NCBI GenBank assembly: GCA_937864425.1
Contig: CALMJL010000129.1
Coordinates: 1-53,244, forward strand
DNA from: an uncultured Candidatus Planktophila sp.
Lineage (GTDB): Bacteria; Actinomycetota; Actinomycetes; Nanopelagicales; Nanopelagicaceae
Length of the DNA: 53,244 nucleotides
Direction: 5' to 3'
Shown here piece after piece: positions 10,834 to 20,082 of this stretch. Made by a program: the position numbers and the translations under genes. The first letter of the stretch is position 1; each line of letters starts with the position of its first letter. The notes below the pieces were generated by a model, which searched no databases, was not told the origin of the DNA, and was given only the letters and a program-made list of their open reading frames with translations.

Positions 10834-12140
10834 TCGGTTCGACCAAGCGCGTGCACACGCCATCCCGCCTGACGCCATTTCTCTCGATCTAACATATTTC
10901 TTCCGTCAATCAAGAACTTTGATTTCACCAAAGTTCCAATTGCATAAGGATCTAGTTCTCGATATTCCTTCCACTCCGTCAAGTGCAAAATGACATCGAC
11001 ATCTTTGACGGCATCAAGTACAGATTCACGGTAGTCAAGATCGGGGAAACGTTTACGAGCAGGCTCAATCCCTTTTGGATCATGTACAACGACCTTGGCA
11101 CCTGCTGCGTTCAGTTGAACTGCAATATCAAGTGCTGGGGAATCGCGCACATCATCGCTATCGGGCTTAAATGTTGCTCCTAACACCGCTATTTTGTATT
11201 GTGTTAAATCTTCAGAGAGATCAGCTCTCACAACATCAATCACGCGTTGGCGCGCACGTAGATTGATTGCATCAATTTCGCGAAGAAACTCAAGCGCCTG
11301 ATTTGCGCCCAATTCTTGAGCTCGTGCCATAAATGCACGAATATCTTTAGGCAAACATCCTCCACCAAATCCGATACCAGCCTGTAAGAAACGAGAACCA
11401 ATTCGAGGGTCATAGCCGATTGCCTTTGCTAATACCGTGACATCGCCACCTGCAGCTTCGCAAATTTCCGCCATTGCATTAATGAAAGAAATCTTTGTCG
11501 CCAAAAAGGAATTTGCTGCGACCTTAACAAGTTCTGCTGTAGGTAAATCTGCTCGAATCCAGGGAGTGCCAAGATCGATTATTGGCTTATAGACATCTTT
11601 CAAGATTGCTTCTGCACGATCATTTACAACACCTACTACTAAGCGATTAGGTCGGAGCGTGTCTTCAACGGCAAAACCTTCACGCAAGAATTCTGGATTC
11701 CATGCCAGGTCAGCTTGGGGAGCAGATTGCGCCAACTGCTCGCGCAACATGTGCGCGGTTCCAACTGGAACTGTTGATTTGCCAACGACTAATGCGCCAG
11801 CTTTGAGATGCGGAGCAATTGCTGTGACAGAAGATTTCACATAAGTAAGGTCTGCTGCAAGACCATCTTTGCTTTGTGGAGTTCCAACACAAATAAAATG
11901 AACATCTGCATCTGCAGCATCCGAGAATTCAGTACTGAACGATAAGCGCCCGGTTGTCATTTCACTTGCGAGAAGCGAATCGAGTCCAGGTTCGTAAAAG
12001 GGAAGTTCACCCCGATTGAGCATCGCAACCTTGTTCGCATCCGTGTCGATTCCGATCACTTCAAAGCCAAGAGAAGACATGCAGGCGGCATGCGTTGCAC
12101 CCAAATAGCCGCAGCCAATGACTGAGAGTTTGAGCGCCAT
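10830..12140 (-). CDS. ugd: UDP-glucose/GDP-mannose dehydrogenase family protein
   Basis: [38 protein letters not shown] (catalytic Cys), [12 protein letters not shown]. Confidence 0.93.
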   Translation of the reverse strand: MALKLSVIGCGYLGATHAACMSSLGFEVIGIDTDANKVAMLNRGELPFYEPGLDSLLASEMTTGRLSFSTEFSDAADADVHFICVGTPQSKDGLAADLTYVKSSVTAIAPHLKAGALVVGKSTVPVGTAHMLREQLAQSAPQADLAWNPEFLREGFAVEDTLRPNRLVVGVVNDRAEAILKDVYKPIIDLGTPWIRADLPTAELVKVAANSFLATKISFINAMAEICEAAGGDVTVLAKAIGYDPRIGSRFLQAGIGFGGGCLPKDIRAFMARAQELGANQALEFLREIDAINLRARQRVIDVVRADLSEDLTQYKIAVLGATFKPDSDDVRDSPALDIAVQLNAAGAKVVVHDPKGIEPARKRFPDLDYRESVLDAVKDVDVILHLTEWKEYRELDPYAIGTLVKSKFLIDGRNMLDREKWRQAGWRVHALGRTD

Positions 12141-12150
12141 GAGAATTAGT

Positions 12151-13257
12151 CTATTCCTTGGTCTTGGGAGCGCATGGATTTTCAGCCGCAGTCTTACTCT
12201 TAAATTTATCTATTTCTACTGGTTTTGCTGAAGGCGATGCAGTCGGCTTTACCATCTCAGTGAGGGGTTCATCATTTCTAATTTTGGTCCACAATTCTTG
12301 AGAGAGTGTTTCATCCCAGATAACGACAGAGCCCACACCGGGAAATGATCCATTTGGATTTGAAAGTGGAACTGTCAAAGTTCGAACTTTTCCAGATGAG
12401 AGATTGCGCATTTGGCGGGCAAGCGTGAGAAGGTCATTCTTATTGACAGTTGAATCCATTTTTACAGTTGATATTGCTGCATTATAAAAATTGGTCATTT
12501 TGATGGGATTAAGAAGTACTCCAGAACTTGTTGCTTTCCGCAGCACTGATGAAATAAATTGTTGCTGACGTTCCATGCGGCCAATATCTCCACGTCCATC
12601 AAAATCACGGGTGCGTACATACTTAAGCGCTTCGATTCCACCAAGTTGATGCACACCTGCGCTCATCACTAAATGGCTCTTGGGGTCATTGATATTGACT
12701 TTGGAACATACCTCTATGCCACCCAAAGCATCGACGATTCCTGTGAATCCAGCAAAACTTATTTCAACATAATGATCAATCTTTAACTTTGTTTTATCTT
12801 CAAGCGCCTCAATGAGAAGTGGTGCTCCGCCAAATGCATATGCTGCATTGATCTTGCCCGGCCTTGCTGGGATATCGCGAGTGCCATCTTGGCTCTTATG
12901 TGCTGGAACAGTCACCAAGGTATCGCGCGGAATTGAGATGATGTACGCCGCATCACGTGCCTTACTAATGTGAACAATGAGCATTGTGTCTGAACGTCCA
13001 CCAGCTGCGACAGCAGTAGAGCCCACCCTGAGCGCTTTGATCTCTGCCTTTGTTAAGCCTTCGCGACTATCTGAACCAACGACCAAATAATTGAGCGCAT
13101 CTGAAGTTTTTGTGGGGCGATCCTTAATAGCGCCAAAGACATCAATGCGTGAAATCTGACCGCTCACTTGACCTAAACCAAGCCACGATAGTGATGCAAT
13201 TGCGACAACTCCCACCGAGAGTGATGTAATAATGCGAATCGCACGAGAAGATTTCAC
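12151..13257 (-). CDS. LCP (LytR-CpsA-Psr) family glycopolymer transferase
   Basis: N-terminal TM, GSDSR, RSDTM, SIPRDT, KINAAY, YVRTR, DIGRMERQQ. Confidence 0.94.
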   Translation of the reverse strand: MKSSRAIRIITSLSVGVVAIASLSWLGLGQVSGQISRIDVFGAIKDRPTKTSDALNYLVVGSDSREGLTKAEIKALRVGSTAVAAGGRSDTMLIVHISKARDAAYIISIPRDTLVTVPAHKSQDGTRDIPARPGKINAAYAFGGAPLLIEALEDKTKLKIDHYVEISFAGFTGIVDALGGIEVCSKVNINDPKSHLVMSAGVHQLGGIEALKYVRTRDFDGRGDIGRMERQQQFISSVLRKATSSGVLLNPIKMTNFYNAAISTVKMDSTVNKNDLLTLARQMRNLSSGKVRTLTVPLSNPNGSFPGVGSVVIWDETLSQELWTKIRNDEPLTEMVKPTASPSAKPVEIDKFKSKTAAENPCAPKTKE

Positions 13258-13293
13258 ATCCGTAGGGTACTTGCAGGGTAGCGTGGAGGGGTT

Positions 13294-14295
13294 ATGGCGA
13301 CACAGCTCTCAGAGTTACCTGGCTCACCACACCCCGAAGTCAGTGTGATTCTTCCAGTTCTCAATGAAGCAAAACATTTGGAAAATGCAGTGCTGTCAAT
13401 ACTTTCTCAAGATTATCGTGGCAAATTCCAAGTGATTTTGGCGCTCGCTCCATCTCGTGACAATACCGAAGAGATTGCACGCAAACTCGAACGCGAAAAT
13501 TCTCAAGTCAAAGTAGTGGCAAGTCCAAGCGGTAAAACAGCGGCGGGATTAAACCTCGCACTTCAAGCTTCTCAAAGCCCCGTTGTGGTGAGAGTGGATG
13601 GACATTCTCAAATTCCCAAAAATTATCTTTCGCTCGTTGTGGAAATTCTCAATAAGACTGGTGCTGTCAATGTGGGTGGAGTGATGGCTGCAGTCGGATC
13701 AACCCGGTTTGAGAAAGCTGTGGCAGGCGCCATGCGCAGCCCACTCGGAGTTGGTTCTGCTCGCTTTCATACCGGAGGTTCTGCAGGTGTTGTCGATACC
13801 GTGTACTTAGGAGCATTTCGACGTGATGCTCTTCTTGCAATTGGTGGCTTTGATGAGAGATTTACTCGCGCTCAAGATTGGGAATTAAATTTTAGACTTC
13901 GCGAAAATGGCGGCATTGTCTATTTTGATCCACGTTTGCATGTGACATATAAACCACGACCTAACCTCCCTGCACTTGCCAAGCAATATTTTGAATACGG
14001 ACGTTGGCGACGTGTGGTGGCACGAAGACATGCCGGGACAATCAATGCTCGCTATCTTGCACCACCGTTAACTCTGATTGGGTGCACACTTTCTCTGATA
14101 CTCGGAATGTTGCTTGGTCCAATCTTTTTGATCCCAGCTGCTATCTATTTCATATTTATTATTGGAGCATCCGCCACGATTGCAACTTCCTTTCGTGAAT
14201 TTCTTATTCTTTGCTTGGTTCTTCCTACGATGCATTTTGCGTGGGGAGCAGGTTTTATCTCTTCCTCTAAAAATCTTGTGCCTGACTCGGATTAG
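13294..14295 (+). CDS. Glycosyltransferase family 2 with C-terminal TM helices
   Basis: SVILPVLNE, RVDGH, GGFDE, QDWELN.R, QYFEYG; hydrophobic C-terminus. Confidence 0.9.
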   Translation: MATQLSELPGSPHPEVSVILPVLNEAKHLENAVLSILSQDYRGKFQVILALAPSRDNTEEIARKLERENSQVKVVASPSGKTAAGLNLALQASQSPVVVRVDGHSQIPKNYLSLVVEILNKTGAVNVGGVMAAVGSTRFEKAVAGAMRSPLGVGSARFHTGGSAGVVDTVYLGAFRRDALLAIGGFDERFTRAQDWELNFRLRENGGIVYFDPRLHVTYKPRPNLPALAKQYFEYGRWRRVVARRHAGTINARYLAPPLTLIGCTLSLILGMLLGPIFLIPAAIYFIFIIGASATIATSFREFLILCLVLPTMHFAWGAGFISSSKNLVPDSD

Positions 14296-14306
14296 GGTTG
14301 AAATAC

Positions 14307-15530
14307 ATGCGATTTCTTAGAGTCAATACCTGGTCACAAAAAATTCTGCTCCCACTTGTTGCAGCGATAGTGCTTACCAATTGGAGCCCCGCCGCACAGG
14401 CAGAAGTTCCCGCCACTTTCTCATTTTCAGGCTCTGGATATGGCCATGGAGTTGGCATGAGCCAAATTGGAGCGAAAGTTCGAGCACTTTCTGGTGAAAG
14501 CGCCACAGCAATACTGAATTATTACTACAAGGATGTGGTCATAGCACCGGTTGTCGACACTGCAACAATTAGAGTCAACATCGCCCATGATGTCCGCACC
14601 GTCGCTTTCATGACACCTGCCGCTGATTCTTCATTTGAAATTTATTCTGGAGAGATTCCGGTAGGCACGTTCGCGCCGCCGCTCTTAAATTTCCCCGCCC
14701 GCCAAAAAGTTACTGTGAAATATGATGGCAAAAATCTCACCATTAATGGCGCAGTCGTGAATGGAAAAATATTTACGGTGCGCTGGTTTGGCGCTCTTCC
14801 TGTTATTTCATTTTCTCTGGCTGGAACTTCGACTTTGTATCGATATGGACAAATAAACATTCGAGTGGGTAAATCTTCGTTGATGGTTACTAATTCGCTC
14901 AGCGTTCACGATGAATATTTACTTGGATTAAGCGAGATGCCATCAAGTTGGCCAGCAGCAGCACTGGAAGCTCAAGTGATTGCGGCTCGTTCATATGCAC
15001 TGGCCAAGTTGGGAGCAATCCGCCCAGTATGTGATTGCCATGTCTACGATCACATCTCGGATCAAAACTTCGTTGGATATATAAAAGAAACTGAAAAGAG
15101 AGTCGGCGTTAATTGGAGAAATGCTGTCTTGCGCACCAATATCGATTCATCTACCAGTTTGGCGATACTCGCTCGCGGCACACCAATTCAGGCGCACTAC
15201 TTTTCTTCATCAGGTGGAGCTACACAAACGACGCAAGATGCTTGGGGTCAACCGACTTCATATACGCAATCTGTTGCAGATCCGGGAAGTTTAGATAGGG
15301 CACATAACCCACGTTTTGCACAGTGGAAAGCAACGAGTACCCAAGCGCTTGTATCAGCAGCCTTTCTGCTTCCCAACATCACAACTCTTGAAATAATGTC
15401 GAGAAATAGCGCTGGTGCAGTCACGTGGATAAAAGGAATCGCAAGTGATGGTTCCTTTAAGATATTACGCGGAGATACATTCCGAAGTAGAGCGAAGATT
15501 CCTTCGCCATACTTCACTATTACTAACTAA
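14307..15530 (+). CDS. SpoIID/LytB domain protein (secreted peptidoglycan hydrolase family)
   Basis: Signal peptide, GSGYGHGVGMSQ, YL.GLSEMP..W..AALEAQ..AARSYA, YFSSSGG. Start probably 14307 (TAGGGT 8 nt upstream) rather than 14298. Confidence 0.88.
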   Translation: MRFLRVNTWSQKILLPLVAAIVLTNWSPAAQAEVPATFSFSGSGYGHGVGMSQIGAKVRALSGESATAILNYYYKDVVIAPVVDTATIRVNIAHDVRTVAFMTPAADSSFEIYSGEIPVGTFAPPLLNFPARQKVTVKYDGKNLTINGAVVNGKIFTVRWFGALPVISFSLAGTSTLYRYGQINIRVGKSSLMVTNSLSVHDEYLLGLSEMPSSWPAAALEAQVIAARSYALAKLGAIRPVCDCHVYDHISDQNFVGYIKETEKRVGVNWRNAVLRTNIDSSTSLAILARGTPIQAHYFSSSGGATQTTQDAWGQPTSYTQSVADPGSLDRAHNPRFAQWKATSTQALVSAAFLLPNITTLEIMSRNSAGAVTWIKGIASDGSFKILRGDTFRSRAKIPSPYFTITN

Positions 15531-15534
15531 ATAA

Positions 15535-16452
15535 TTAATTGGCGTGAAGTACTGAGTTCAGCCCGCCCCAAGAACCTGTTCGCATCACAACTTCAAGTCC
15601 GCCGCTCAGTGAGTTGCGGCGAAAGAGCAGATTGTGCGCACCTGAAAGCGATCCTGCCTTAACGATTTCGCCATCAGGCAGCGTCACCTTTGCAGCAGCT
15701 GTGATGTAGGTGCCGGCTTCAACAACACAATTATTTCCCAGCGAAATTCCAAGTCCAGAATTGGCTCCCAGGAGACATTTTTCTCCAATGGAGATTACTT
15801 CTTTTCCTCCACCACTGAGCGTTCCCATAATGGATGCTCCGCCACCAATATCAGTGCCATCACCAATAACAACTCCAGCGGAAATTCTTCCTTCCACCAT
15901 GGATGTACCCAAGGTGCCGGCATTGAAATTTACAAATCCTTCATGCATCACAGTTGTACCGGATGCGAGGTGTGCCCCTAAGCGCACTCGATCCGCATCA
16001 GCAATTCGCACTCCTGATGGAATGACGTAATCCACCATGCGAGGGAATTTATCGACAGAAAAGACGGTCAGATGTCCATAGTGTGCTCGAAGCGCTCCAC
16101 GAACCTGTTCGAAATTATCAACAGAACATGGACCCGCAGAAGTCCACACAACATTAGTTAATAGTCCAAAAATTCCTTCAAGTGATAATCCGTGTGGCTT
16201 GACTAAGCGATGCGACAGCAAGTGAAGGCGTAAATAAACATCTTTAGCATCGCGCGGCGGTGCGGTGAGATCAATCTCTAGTGAGACTAATTCACGAGTG
16301 ACTCCACGAATCTCATCTTTTCCAACGAGAGATAGAAGACTCTGATCAGGAGAACCTTGCAATGGGCCTAGTGCAGGCGCGGGATACCAAACATCCAACA
16401 CCGATGTGCCGGCAATAGTTGCAATTCCGTGACCATAAGCTTCTGACGACAT
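15535..16452 (-). CDS. dapD: Tetrahydrodipicolinate N-succinyltransferase (actinobacterial type)
   Basis: YLRLHLLSHRL, VDKFPRM, GVRIADADRVRLGAHL, EGRISAGV, FRRNS. Start 16452 supported by -10 TAGGCT 6 nt upstream. Confidence 0.95.
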   Translation of the reverse strand: MSSEAYGHGIATIAGTSVLDVWYPAPALGPLQGSPDQSLLSLVGKDEIRGVTRELVSLEIDLTAPPRDAKDVYLRLHLLSHRLVKPHGLSLEGIFGLLTNVVWTSAGPCSVDNFEQVRGALRAHYGHLTVFSVDKFPRMVDYVIPSGVRIADADRVRLGAHLASGTTVMHEGFVNFNAGTLGTSMVEGRISAGVVIGDGTDIGGGASIMGTLSGGGKEVISIGEKCLLGANSGLGISLGNNCVVEAGTYITAAAKVTLPDGEIVKAGSLSGAHNLLFRRNSLSGGLEVVMRTGSWGGLNSVLHAN

Positions 16453-16482
16453 GTTCAAAGCCTAGCGTCTATCCTGTTCCCC
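16453..16482. promoter_or_regulatory. Back-to-back leaderless promoters for dapD (-) and LOG (+)
   Basis: TATCCT (16470-16475) 7 nt before ATG 16483; minus-strand TAGGCT 6 nt before ATG 16452. Confidence 0.68.
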
Positions 16483-17019
16483 ATGCGTATTGCAGTGTTC
16501 TGCTCATCTTCTCCAACAATTGATTCAAAATATATAGACCTTGCATTTGATCTTGGTGCAGAAATTGCTGCGGCTGGAGCCGAACTTGTATCTGGTGGTG
16601 GCCATATCTCCGCCATGGGTGCGATTTCACAAGGCGCGCGCAGCAAAGGTGGTCGAACCATCGGAATCATTCCGCAGAAGCTGGTAGATATTGAATTTGC
16701 AGATCACGATAGCGATGAGCTGATCATCGTAGATTCCATGCGCACTCGTAAAGCCAAAATAGAAGATATGGCAGATGCCTTCATTACTTTACCTGGGGGA
16801 CTAGGAACACTTGAAGAACTCTTTGAAATTTGGGTTGGCCGATATTTAGATTTTCACAATAAGCCAGTAGTTATTCTTGATCCCTATAACCTCTATGAGC
16901 CGCTTCATTCACTCGTCGTACATCTTGAAAACCATAATTTTGTCAAACCCGGAATGCGCGAATTAGTTCATTGGTCATCAAGCGTAGAAGATGCCGTTGC
17001 ACATGCGCAGAAAAATTAA
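16483..17019 (+). CDS. LOG family (TIGR00730) phosphoribohydrolase
   Basis: VFCSS, GGG, MRTRK, PGGLGTLEE signature. Confidence 0.92.
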   Translation: MRIAVFCSSSPTIDSKYIDLAFDLGAEIAAAGAELVSGGGHISAMGAISQGARSKGGRTIGIIPQKLVDIEFADHDSDELIIVDSMRTRKAKIEDMADAFITLPGGLGTLEELFEIWVGRYLDFHNKPVVILDPYNLYEPLHSLVVHLENHNFVKPGMRELVHWSSSVEDAVAHAQKN

Positions 17020-17033
17020 CTAGAAATTTTTTT

Positions 17034-17480
17034 ATGGCGAATAACACTTTAAAAATCTCATTCACGATATCTGCGCGATGCGAAGATGTGTGGCAGAAAA
17101 TTGCAGATTGGCAATCTCAAGGTGACTGGATGTTGCAAACAAAAGTGTGGATTACCTCCTCTCAGACTGAAGGTGTGGGAACTTCCATTGCTGCATTTAC
17201 GGGGCCGTTCTATAGGAGTTATCCAGCGTTTAAAAATTTAGGGCTATTGGATCTGATGAATGTCACCCGCTGGGAACCACCACATCGGTGCGATGTCGAA
17301 CACGTTGGAAAAATCCTGAAAGGAACTGGTTCATTTCAATTAACGCAAATAGCTCCGAACCAGACGAAATTTGACTGGTCAGAGACCGTGATAGCGCCGC
17401 GTCTGCTCTTTATTCTCATCGCGCCGTTCTTATATATAGGCGTGCGTATCTCGCTCGCTCGATTTGCCAAGCTCTTTTAA
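17034..17480 (+). CDS. SRPBCC (polyketide cyclase/START-like) family protein
   Basis: VW..IADW..QG.WM, VTRWEPPHRC.VEHVG, FDWSE; ATG 17034 preferred over 16971. Confidence 0.8.
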   Translation: MANNTLKISFTISARCEDVWQKIADWQSQGDWMLQTKVWITSSQTEGVGTSIAAFTGPFYRSYPAFKNLGLLDLMNVTRWEPPHRCDVEHVGKILKGTGSFQLTQIAPNQTKFDWSETVIAPRLLFILIAPFLYIGVRISLARFAKLF

Positions 17481-17505
17481 ATCTCAGGGCGGGTAACCTT
17501 TATCC

Positions 17506-17697
17506 GTGAGCAATAAAGAGACAATTGCGCAGTTGCTTGCATCTTTGCCTGAAGAAGAACGAATCATCTTGACTCTGCATTATCTGCGGGGAAAATCAAG
17601 TGCAGAGATCGCAGCAATGCTGCAGGTTCCAGAACGCGCTGTAATCGCCGTCATATCCTCTGGAAAAGCCCGCATCACAGGGCATCTTGGTATCTAA
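17506..17697 (+). CDS. Stand-alone sigma-70 region 4 (ECF-type HTH) mini-protein, 63 aa
   Basis: LASLPEEERIILTLHYLRGKSSAEIAAMLQVPE matches the ECF sigma-4 pattern; own -10 TAACCT 6 nt before the GTG. Confidence 0.78.
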   Translation: MSNKETIAQLLASLPEEERIILTLHYLRGKSSAEIAAMLQVPERAVIAVISSGKARITGHLGI

Positions 17698-17785
17698 AGA
17701 AATCTCGATTTCACCCATTGCTCAATCTGCGAGATACTTAGCCCCTGCGCCCAACCCCTCGGCGCTTTCGGTAAAGGAGTTCTCC

Positions 17786-17965
17786 ATGGCAGCAATGAAA
17801 CCTCGTACAGGTGATGGGCCAATGGAGGTTACTAAGGAAGCACGTTCGCTCGTCATGCGTATTCCGCTCGAAGGTGGCGGACGACTTGTCGTGGAACTCA
17901 ACCCACAGGAAGCCAATAATCTCAGCGCAGCTCTTGAAGCCGCTGTGGCACTCATCAAAAAGTAG
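17786..17965 (+). CDS. DUF3117 actinobacterial small conserved protein
   Basis: MAAMKPRTGDGPMEVTKE..R.PLEGGGRLVVEL signature; AAGGAG SD; true start 17786. Confidence 0.92.
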   Translation: MAAMKPRTGDGPMEVTKEARSLVMRIPLEGGGRLVVELNPQEANNLSAALEAAVALIKK

Positions 17966-17980
17966 AGCGGAAGTTTTACG

Positions 17981-19459
17981 ATTCTCGCAGCCGTTGCTCC
18001 CGAAATCTCCGCACTTGTTAGCGCTGATGTACTAGCAATTGGATTCTCTCAGAGCGAAGACACATTTTCCTTTACACCTCCCGCTTCACTTTTAACTCAG
18101 ATTGAAAAGACTTTCGATCTTGGCCTAGCCGACGAACTTCGTTTCTTTGCAGCAACCGGAAAGTCAGGCGAGTTGTACGAAATCCCGGTTGCTGCAGAAG
18201 GTGCAGATGTAGATCGAATTTATCTCGTTGGAGTTGGTGATTCCTCACTCTCTGCGCTTCGTACTGCTGGGGCTGCACTTGGTAAAAAAGTGCGTGGCAA
18301 GGCGATTGAAATTGTTTCGCTCTGCGCAAATACTCCAGATGAGATTAAAGCCCACGGTGCATCACTAGCGCTCGGTGCTTATCAATGGAATCTCAAAACT
18401 GATAAGACAACCGAAGTTCCGCAGCTGGTACTTGCCACCACGGAATCTGGCGCCGTGACAACCACGAGCGCTATTGCAGAAGCGCTTTACACAGCACGAG
18501 ATCTCATTCTCACCCCATCTAATATTAAGAATCCTTTATGGCTGGCTGAAGAAGCTAAGAAAGTCGCAGAAGCTAAAGGGTTGGCCATTAACATCCTTGC
18601 CGGAAAAGAGTTAGCTCGATTTGGAGGATTACGCGCAGTCGGAAACTCTTCTCCACAACCAGGACCACGATTTATTGAAATCACCTACACGCCAAAGGGA
18701 AAAGCCAAATCTGCTGCCGCGCTTCCTCATGTTGTGATTGTTGGAAAAGGAATCACCTTTGATACTGGTGGAGTTTCGCTGAAGCGACCATATGAATTCA
18801 TGACTGCCATGAAGAGTGATATGGCAGGAGCGGCTGCTGCGCTCGCGACACTCGGTGCGCTTGCAGATTTGCAACCTAAGGTCAAAGTGACGGCGCTCAT
18901 GATGTGTGCCGAAAATGCTCTTTCAGGTACTGCGCAGCGCCCATCTGATGTCATTACACAATACGGTGGAACTACTGTTGAAATCATCAATACAGATGCT
19001 GAAGGACGATTAGTTCTGGCAGATGGATTGGCATACGCCAAAGAGAAATATGATCCTGATTATTTAGTTGATATTGCGACATTAACGGGATCTGCAACAT
19101 TGGGATTAGGTAGGCAATATGCAGCGATGTACACACGCGATGACACATTGGCGAAAGAGATGGTTGCTATCGGCGAAAAAAGTGGCGAGCGCGTGTGGCA
19201 TATGCCGCTAGTTGATGATTATCAAGATTCACTCGCGAGTGATGTTGCCGATCTCAATCATGCGGGGGATAAAGGCGATTACTCAGCTGGCTCAGTCACA
19301 GCTGCGCTCTTTCTTGAACATTTTGTGGGTGATTCGCGTTGGGTGCATTTAGATATCGCTGGCCCAGCACGGAGCGAAAACGATTCTGGAGAAAATGTGA
19401 AAGGCGGCACCGGTTTTGGCGTGCGATTTTTGATTGATTGGATAGTGTCGCTCTCATGA
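17981..19459 (+). CDS. pepA: Leucyl aminopeptidase (M17); start uncertain, probably non-canonical
   Basis: GKGITFDTGG, MKSDMAG, NTDAEGRL, HLDIAG. The frame is open from 17966; the first ATG/GTG/TTG is TTG 18173; ATT 17981 would give 492 aa. Confidence 0.9.
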   Translation: MLAAVAPEISALVSADVLAIGFSQSEDTFSFTPPASLLTQIEKTFDLGLADELRFFAATGKSGELYEIPVAAEGADVDRIYLVGVGDSSLSALRTAGAALGKKVRGKAIEIVSLCANTPDEIKAHGASLALGAYQWNLKTDKTTEVPQLVLATTESGAVTTTSAIAEALYTARDLILTPSNIKNPLWLAEEAKKVAEAKGLAINILAGKELARFGGLRAVGNSSPQPGPRFIEITYTPKGKAKSAAALPHVVIVGKGITFDTGGVSLKRPYEFMTAMKSDMAGAAAALATLGALADLQPKVKVTALMMCAENALSGTAQRPSDVITQYGGTTVEIINTDAEGRLVLADGLAYAKEKYDPDYLVDIATLTGSATLGLGRQYAAMYTRDDTLAKEMVAIGEKSGERVWHMPLVDDYQDSLASDVADLNHAGDKGDYSAGSVTAALFLEHFVGDSRWVHLDIAGPARSENDSGENVKGGTGFGVRFLIDWIVSLS

Positions 19460-20082
19460 TGATTGATCCTCACTCTTATGCCGAGAGCTTTATTGCAGAG
19501 GATGCAGTAAAAGCGGCAGCTCGAGCACGTGGCGTCGAAATCGGAACCCATGATGTATCGCCAGGTACAGGTGCGTACCTTCGCCACTTAGCACAACTAC
19601 TCAGCGCGCAATCTGTCGTCGAGGTAGGAACTGGATCCGGAGTGGGATCTCTTTGGTTACTAGATGGAATGATTGCAAGCGGAACTTTGACATCCATTGA
19701 TGATGAAATGGAACATTCTGCAATTGCCAAGCTTGCTTTTGCGCAAGCGGAAATTGCCGCGCCTCGTTTTCGACTCATCACAAATGTAGTCATGGATGTC
19801 ATGACTAAGTTGGCAGATCGTGCTTATGACTTGGTGGTGTACCGGCACAATCCTGAAGACTTGACCTATGCAATTACAGAAGCCCACCGCATTCTGCGAA
19901 GTGGTGGAGTTTTCGTCATTGATAACTTCTTTGGCGGCTCAAAAGTTCCCGACCCTGCACAGCGAGATCCAAAAACAATCGCACTTCGCGAAGCAGGGAA
20001 ACAGATCAAGTCAGATACTGACTCGTGGATGAGTGTTCTTGTTACTACAGGCGATGGATTGTTGCTCGCCACAAAACTCTGA
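19456..20082 (+). CDS. SAM-dependent O-methyltransferase (Rv1220c-like)
   Basis: YAESFIAED, VVEVGTGSGVG, LTSID, GDGLL; ATGA overlap with pepA. Confidence 0.9.
   Translation: MMIDPHSYAESFIAEDAVKAAARARGVEIGTHDVSPGTGAYLRHLAQLLSAQSVVEVGTGSGVGSLWLLDGMIASGTLTSIDDEMEHSAIAKLAFAQAEIAAPRFRLITNVVMDVMTKLADRAYDLVVYRHNPEDLTYAITEAHRILRSGGVFVIDNFFGGSKVPDPAQRDPKTIALREAGKQIKSDTDSWMSVLVTTGDGLLLATKL

Noticed and set aside
14307-15530. SpoIID and WhiB as evidence of sporulation
   Set aside because: Both families have general wall-remodelling or cell-division roles in non-sporulating bacteria; no sporulation-specific genes are present.
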